Below, piece by piece: positions 5,900 to 11,137 of a stretch of DNA of 11,137 bases. Origin of the DNA: Candidatus Micrarchaeota archaeon (GTDB taxonomy: Archaea; Micrarchaeota; Micrarchaeia; Anstonellales; Bilamarchaeaceae); NCBI GenBank assembly GCA_040754495.1, contig JBFMCO010000049.1:1-11137 (forward strand), read 5' to 3'. How positions within the stretch are numbered: position 1 is the stretch's first letter; every line of letters begins with the position of its first letter. The notes beneath the pieces were generated by a model, which was given only the letters and a program-made list of their open reading frames with translations, was not told where the DNA came from and did not search any database. The translations under genes and the position numbers were made by a program.

Positions 5900-8800
5900 A
5901 TGACTGGCCAGGCTATGCGCGAAAGACAGGGGCAAGAGGCGGTGGAAGCGCCGCGGGAGGCGGTCGTTCCGAGGGTGGCTGACGAGGGCGAGGGGCTCCG
6001 CAGGCAGCGCGAGCAGGCGGCGGCGACCATTGCCCAGCTCCAGCAGGCGTCGAGAGTGATACGGGTGCCGGGCGACGTCCGGGCCGAAATCGAGAGCCGC
6101 ATCCGCGTGCTCGATGCCATGCGCCAGGCTGGCGTGCCCATCCTGCAGGACCGCTACAACAACGAGATAGACTACATAAGCGGAATCCTCCGCCAGGCGC
6201 TCCGGGCGAGCGATGACAACCGGAGCACGGACGCGCTCCGCATACTGGAGTCGGCCACGGCCATGATGGCGTTCCTCGGGCGCATCTACGAGGTGGAATT
6301 AGGGATAGCGATACGCGGCGTCCCGCCGGGGCTCGAGAACGGGGAGCAGACCTGGACCGACCTGCTCGACTCGATGGAAGTAGTTCTGTTCGACATCGGG
6401 ACCGCGAACTCCCGCAGGGCCGAGACAGTTCTCAGTGCAGGCCGCCTCATTTTCGAGTTCGGCACCACTTACAACGTCGATGACATTGCCATAAAAGGGG
6501 AGCTGAACAGGGTCGTCAACTTCATAATAGACCGAGGCGTCAGGAAGGGGACGACCGCTGATGCAAGGGCCGCGCAGGCCTACACCGCGAGGGACGCGAG
6601 GGCGGACGAGCGCGAGATTGCGACGTTCAGGAGGTTCATAGAATCCGCCTCGCGGGGCTTGGGCGAGGAGAGGGTCGCGCTGCTCACCGGCTGGAGGCAG
6701 GACCTCGAAACGAGGATAGGCCAGTTGGGCGCGCAGGAGCGCACGAGGGCGCTTCTCGAGACGCTGAGAGGCGACATCGACGCGCTGCTTGTCAGGCTGC
6801 GCAACGAGCGCGCTGTGCGCGATGTCACGGACCAGGAGGTACGCGAAATCGAGAACAGGTACAGGATGCTGAGCGGGCAGGAGCCTCTGCTATCCTCCGA
6901 GCAGCGCCAGGACGAGGTGCGAAGCTCCGCAGTGGAGCTGAGGGGCACGGCCAGGACTGTCCGGGAAGGGACCGCGGAATGGTTCGGCCAGAAGGCCCTC
7001 GACGCCCTCGCAAGGGGGGAGAGGGAGCTTGCGGGCCTTGCGGTAGCTATGGGCATTCTCGAGAGGACGGCGGCAGCCGTGCGCAGGAGGGGCTCTGATT
7101 ATCTTCCGCCGGACTCGTACCGGCTCGTCATGGAACTCCTCGCGGCGAGGGGGCAGCTCACTCCGGTGCTCGCGAGCAGGCTCGCAAACGACATCAGCGT
7201 AGCGGCCCTTGCAGCGGACATCGCGCGGCTCGGGAGCGAGAACCCGGTCCGCGGGAGAGGGGTTGCGCGCGAGCGGGCGCAGAGGATAAACGATGCTGTG
7301 GCGGAAGCCAGGCGCCTGCTCGAGCGCGGCGATATCGAGGGCGTGCGCACGCTGCTCGACATGTCTTCCCAGTACGCGGCGATGGTGAGTGCAAGGAGGG
7401 GGCGCGACTGGACGGGCTCATCCGAGATGGAGGCCGCGCTCGACGCGCAGATGCGCGGGGTGGATTCGAGGCAGAGGTTCGAGGACGCGCTCACAAGATA
7501 CAACTTCTCCCAGCAGACGACGGAATTCAGGCAGCGCCTCGAGGGATGGGGGCGCAGGCTGGAGCAGAAGCAGCTTGCCGTCCGCGCAATCGAGCATGTC
7601 GAGAGCCTGGTCGGGCAGGGGAATTTCCAGGAGGCGCAGAGCACGATGCTCCGGCTTCTCATGTTCGCCGACTCGGTGGAGCTGCTGGGCGTCCGGCGCG
7701 GCGGGAAAATCGAGTCCCTCAATCCGCGCTACGACGGCTCAGGCATGGAGCGGGCGCTCGGGGCGTTCATCGCCGGGCAGTCCCAGGTGGAGGGCAGGGG
7801 AGCAGAGACGCTATTCATGGAGAGCTTCGCCTCCACCCAGCGCAACGCCGTGGACCTCGAGGCGACAAGGCTCGCGGACTTGGCGAGGACGAACCGCTGG
7901 ACGATAGGGAAGGACAGGATAGATGCCGCCCTGCAGGCAGCGCGCGACCGCGCCGCACAGGGGGATTTCGAGGGCGCATTCAGGATTATCCGGTACGTGA
8001 AGCAGTTCTACGGAGAGGCGGCCGCCGCAATCCCCGCGCAGGGCGGGCAGCCTGCCGTTCCCGCGCGCAGCGCAGGATGGAGGTACCAGCTCGCGAGGCG
8101 CGAGGGCGCCGGATTCAGGGAGGGCCGCGAGAGGATGCTGGACGCCATCCGCATGGAGAGTGATGCTACGGCGCCGGAAAGGCGCGAGGCGGCAGCCAGG
8201 ATGTTCGAGGCCGCCACCATGAGGATTGCCGAGTGCGAGATGCTCATCAGCAATTATGCCGAGAAGAGGAGCATGTACATGGGCGAAACGCCCCTGGCCT
8301 CCGGCCATCCTGCCGGACGGCTCCTCCTCGGCTACGCGCAGGACCGGACGCCGGTCTATATCGACCTCGCGATTGTCCGCGATTACGAGACCAGGCACGC
8401 GCGCGACACGTCGCTGGGGAGCGGCCCGACGCTCGCGCAGCTTTTCACCCAGCTCGAGACCGCGGCCAACAACGGCGACGTGAGCGGATACAACAGGACG
8501 CTTGAAGCCATTTTCGGAAGGTATGACGAGGGGACGCAGGGCATGGCGGGCGGCAGGTTCTGGCTGGTGGCCCAGAGGGCGGCCAGGATGCAGATGATAG
8601 ACTCCGCCATCACGCAGCTGAATTCCATGGGTGGGTTCCTCGGCCAGCTTCCGAATTATGAGGCGCTCCCGAACGACGCGAGGCGGCTCGCTGAGATAAG
8701 GGCGCTTGTGGACAGCGGTGCCAGCAAGGTGGACCTGGCGCAGGCCCTTGCGCGCAACACGCGCGAGAGGCAGGAGGAGGTCGCAGCCGGGACGCTCACG

Positions 8801-11137
8801 CAGACGAGGCAGACGCTGGAGACGCAGAGGACCTCCACGATAGCAAGGCTCAACGCGATGAGGTATACGACCGAGGAGGTCGTGACGGTGGAGGGCGGAC
8901 GGTCCGCGCTCGACGATTATGCCTCGCTGGTTTCCTCGATGGAGCGCGAGCGCAGGATATCCATAGGCATGGCGCAGGTCGGCGAGGAAGTCCGGCTGAA
9001 CGATGAGTACAGGAAGGCGATTGCAGGGGAGAGCGGAGACATCCGGAACCGGACGGTAGGGCTGCTTGACGAGTGCAAGCGCCTGCTCGAAGAGTGCCGC
9101 ACCGCGGTGAGGGAAGGCAGGTTCGAGGACGCGGTCCGGCTCTACGACCGGGCCATAGAATCGCGCGGCTCCGCGCTGCAGACTTATTGGGCCGAGAACG
9201 TGCTCAACTTCTATTACGTTTCCGCGGCGCACCGCGCTTCGCACGCGGACCGCCCGGACCCGAGGTTCTTCCCGGCTCTCCGGCTCCAGCAGGAGCAGAT
9301 GGAGATACAGCCGTACCTTGACGCGCACCACCAGATTTTCAGGGAGCTCCTTTTCGGAAGCGTCAGCGGCGACCCGCAGGCGTATGCGGAGAGGATGCAG
9401 CGCAGGCTCCAGGGGACCGTGCAGATTGAGGTTTCCATATTCGCGGTGCCCTCAGACGCGACAAGCCAGGTGCTCGACGATTACCGGGCCGAGCAGCGCA
9501 GCGTCCGCCAGTCGGTTTACGCTGCGTGGAGGCTTGAGGACCAGGCCGTGCGGATGAGCCCGGGTGCCGAGCGCGAATCGCTCATGGCAAGGGCGCAGAG
9601 GGAGTTCACGGACGCGCAGGCGCAGATACAGGAGATGCAGAGGAGGGCCGAGAGGAACAGGTTCATCGCAAAGGTCGCGCTTATCGTGGTCGGCATAGCG
9701 GCCGCGTTCATCCCGGTCGTGGGCCCGTTCATCTCGGGCGGCATATTCATAGGGATGTCCATAGACCAGATAGCGACCGAGTACAGGAGGGACGGCCATG
9801 CCTCTGCCGAATCGTGGGCCATGCTCGGGCTGACCGTAGTCACGCTGGGCTTTGCCGGCGTGGGCGCCGCGTTCCGCGGGCTTGCCACCACGGCAAGGAC
9901 CGGTGGAGAGGCAATGGTGCTTGCAGGGAACATCGCGAGGGCGGAGCAGCTGCTGCTCACCGCCAGCAGATACTCGAGCGTCAGCAGGGCATTCAGCGGG
10001 ACCGCGCTCGCCGTAGGGCTTGGCATGAGCGGGTACATGGAAATCGGCGCGTACAACCTTTACCGGCAGGCCCAGCGCGAGACAGACCCGGTCAGGAAGG
10101 AGGCGCTCATGAGGGAAGCCGTGCTCATGGCCGGAATGGGGCTTTTCCCGATTGTCCATATAGGCTCATCGCTCGCCTACCGGGGTTTCACCGCCCCGCC
10201 GAGGGCGAGGCTTAGCACCGCCCTCGCCGAGGTTTCGCCTGTCCGCGAGGCCGCGCGCGTGGCTGCCGAAGAGCCGGTCGCGGCCAGGGTGCGGAGGCCG
10301 GACGGATTGTTCGACCTCCTTACCAGGCTCAGGAGCAGCGACGCCGCGGTGCGCACTGCCGCCGAGGCCGAGCTTGCCGCGCTCCCGGAGCCGGTGCGCG
10401 TCGGAATCGGCCAGCTCGCCGCGAACGTAAGGGTAGGCGGCGGACCGACATACCTCAACCTGACAAGAGCCTTGCAGACCGGGGAGCTCACGCCCTTCGC
10501 GAGGGCGGAGCTTGAAGGCGCAATCGGGATGCTGGCTGCCGAAGGCCCGAGGCCTCCGACATCACCGACCCGCGGGCCTGGAGGAGGCGGGCCGAGGACG
10601 ACGAGGCCGGAGGTGGATTCGGCAGGGCTCGCGGACGCTTTCGGGCTCCGCCAGATTCTTGCGGACTTGCTCGTGCCGGACGGGGCTCCTGCGCAGGCGC
10701 TTGCGAGGCGCTCTTCGGCCCGCGCAATGCTTGAGAGGATAAGGGGCGATGCGCGCACCGCGCCGATAGCTGACATGATAGACAATCTCATAGGCAACCC
10801 TGAGCGCGGGATTGCCGGCAGGGAGGCGTTCAGGACCGCGGTCGGCAGCGACACGCCATACGAACTGCTCGACCCGTTCACGACGAGGGCCCTTGAGAGG
10901 GCCGCCGGCCAGATAGAGGGCATGCTGAGGCCGCAGGTCATGAGGGCCGCGGTAGGCCAGACGCAGCCGGTGGAGGAAGCCGCACAGCCGCAGACGCTCG
11001 GCGGGCAGGGCGCGGCTGAAGGCATCGGCGGCACGATTCCCACAAGGGCTTCAGCAGGCGAAGGCGGGAGGCCGGGTGCCGGAGGCGGCGAAGTCGTGCC
11101 CGGACGCGTCTCGCCAGCCGAAGGCGGAGGAGGCCAG
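5900..11137 (+). CDS. Giant hypothetical protein (at least 1746 aa, 3'-partial): helical-repeat rod, coiled coil, multi-helix hydrophobic (membrane/translocation-like) domain and tandem helical modules
   Basis: Hand translation from ATG 5900 (MTGQAMRERQGQEAVEAPREAVVPRV...) stays open to the last base (...VSPAEGGGGQ). It is missing from the ORF track, presumably because no stop occurs in the window. SD site present, codon usage matches the other genes. Hydrophobic segments at 9674-9763, 9812-9874, 9989-10039 and 10118-10180. Confidence 0.93.
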   Translation, partial: MTGQAMRERQGQEAVEAPREAVVPRVADEGEGLRRQREQAAATIAQLQQASRVIRVPGDVRAEIESRIRVLDAMRQAGVPILQDRYNNEIDYISGILRQALRASDDNRSTDALRILESATAMMAFLGRIYEVELGIAIRGVPPGLENGEQTWTDLLDSMEVVLFDIGTANSRRAETVLSAGRLIFEFGTTYNVDDIAIKGELNRVVNFIIDRGVRKGTTADARAAQAYTARDARADEREIATFRRFIESASRGLGEERVALLTGWRQDLETRIGQLGAQERTRALLETLRGDIDALLVRLRNERAVRDVTDQEVREIENRYRMLSGQEPLLSSEQRQDEVRSSAVELRGTARTVREGTAEWFGQKALDALARGERELAGLAVAMGILERTAAAVRRRGSDYLPPDSYRLVMELLAARGQLTPVLASRLANDISVAALAADIARLGSENPVRGRGVARERAQRINDAVAEARRLLERGDIEGVRTLLDMSSQYAAMVSARRGRDWTGSSEMEAALDAQMRGVDSRQRFEDALTRYNFSQQTTEFRQRLEGWGRRLEQKQLAVRAIEHVESLVGQGNFQEAQSTMLRLLMFADSVELLGVRRGGKIESLNPRYDGSGMERALGAFIAGQSQVEGRGAETLFMESFASTQRNAVDLEATRLADLARTNRWTIGKDRIDAALQAARDRAAQGDFEGAFRIIRYVKQFYGEAAAAIPAQGGQPAVPARSAGWRYQLARREGAGFREGRERMLDAIRMESDATAPERREAAARMFEAATMRIAECEMLISNYAEKRSMYMGETPLASGHPAGRLLLGYAQDRTPVYIDLAIVRDYETRHARDTSLGSGPTLAQLFTQLETAANNGDVSGYNRTLEAIFGRYDEGTQGMAGGRFWLVAQRAARMQMIDSAITQLNSMGGFLGQLPNYEALPNDARRLAEIRALVDSGASKVDLAQALARNTRERQEEVAAGTLTQTRQTLETQRTSTIARLNAMRYTTEEVVTVEGGRSALDDYASLVSSMERERRISIGMAQVGEEVRLNDEYRKAIAGESGDIRNRTVGLLDECKRLLEECRTAVREGRFEDAVRLYDRAIESRGSALQTYWAENVLNFYYVSAAHRASHADRPDPRFFPALRLQQEQMEIQPYLDAHHQIFRELLFGSVSGDPQAYAERMQRRLQGTVQIEVSIFAVPSDATSQVLDDYRAEQRSVRQSVYAAWRLEDQAVRMSPGAERESLMARAQREFTDAQAQIQEMQRRAERNRFIAKVALIVVGIAAAFIPVVGPFISGGIFIGMSIDQIATEYRRDGHASAESWAMLGLTVVTLGFAGVGAAFRGLATTARTGGEAMVLAGNIARAEQLLLTASRYSSVSRAFSGTALAVGLGMSGYMEIGAYNLYRQAQRETDPVRKEALMREAVLMAGMGLFPIVHIGSSLAYRGFTAPPRARLSTALAEVSPVREAARVAAEEPVAARVRRPDGLFDLLTRLRSSDAAVRTAAEAELAALPEPVRVGIGQLAANVRVGGGPTYLNLTRALQTGELTPFARAELEGAIGMLAAEGPRPPTSPTRGPGGGGPRTTRPEVDSAGLADAFGLRQILADLLVPDGAPAQALARRSSARAMLERIRGDARTAPIADMIDNLIGNPERGIAGREAFRTAVGSDTPYELLDPFTTRALERAAGQIEGMLRPQVMRAAVGQTQPVEEAAQPQTLGGQGAAEGIGGTIPTRASAGEGGRPGAGGGEVVPGRVSPAEGGGGQ

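Noticed and set aside
5888-5902. The 102-aa ORF and the giant ORF are in the same frame, separated by one TGA and three sense codons: possible readthrough, recoded UGA or split gene
   Set aside because: The giant has its own well-spaced SD site and ATG, and the two products have opposite Lys content. No in-frame TGA occurs in more than 3000 other codons, and Trp is always TGG. Same-frame adjacency has a 1-in-3 chance. Proteomics could still test low-level readthrough.
5227-6141. 304-aa minus-strand ORF spanning the intergenic region
   Set aside because: It overlaps three plus-strand genes, and its C-terminal part (FRVSSFRF...KLETENWRP) is just translated heptamer repeat.
7811-9331. 506-aa minus-strand ORF, plus the other minus-strand and off-frame ORFs between 6286 and 11043
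   Set aside because: They lie antisense to or overlap the continuous 5900 to >11137 frame. Their Arg/Pro/Leu/Ser-rich translations have no recognisable domains and are typical shadows of GC-rich coding DNA.
5900-11137. Phage tape-measure protein, i.e. a prophage interpretation of the giant helical ORF
   Set aside because: No capsid, tail, terminase or integrase genes or att-like repeats are in the window, the expression signals look native, and the gene order does not resemble a tail module. It is not fully excluded without the downstream sequence.

Overview
GC-rich, most likely archaeal window with four genes, all on the + strand. Archaeal cues: archaeal-type FtsY, TATA-like boxes, GGTG ribosome-binding sites, oligo-T after a stop codon, and frequent AGG/ATA codons. 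A DPANN/Micrarchaeota-like origin is my inference only. The genes are: (1) a 5'-truncated ftsY (SRP receptor GTPase) with a Pro/Glu/Lys/Ala linker; (2) a 1376-aa orphan with a Lys-rich, coiled-coil N-terminal half, a Trp-rich membrane segment and a Lys-poor, Cys-containing C-terminal half; (3) a 102-aa Lys-rich helical orphan; (4) a giant ORF absent from the supplied ORF track, 5900 to >11137 (at least 1746 codons, no stop in the window). The giant protein is a nearly Lys-free helical-repeat rod, followed by a coiled coil, four hydrophobic Gly/Ala-rich segments including an 'FIPVVGP' hairpin, and tandem helical modules on Pro/Gly linkers. Genes 2-4 have no family I can recognise. Together they look like a candidate undescribed contact-dependent membrane-insertion or effector-delivery locus (hypothesis). 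A heptamer-repeat element also occurs as an inverted pair in the 5391-5581 intergenic region and in frame inside the ftsY linker. All translations, counts and alignments were done by hand, with no database searches.
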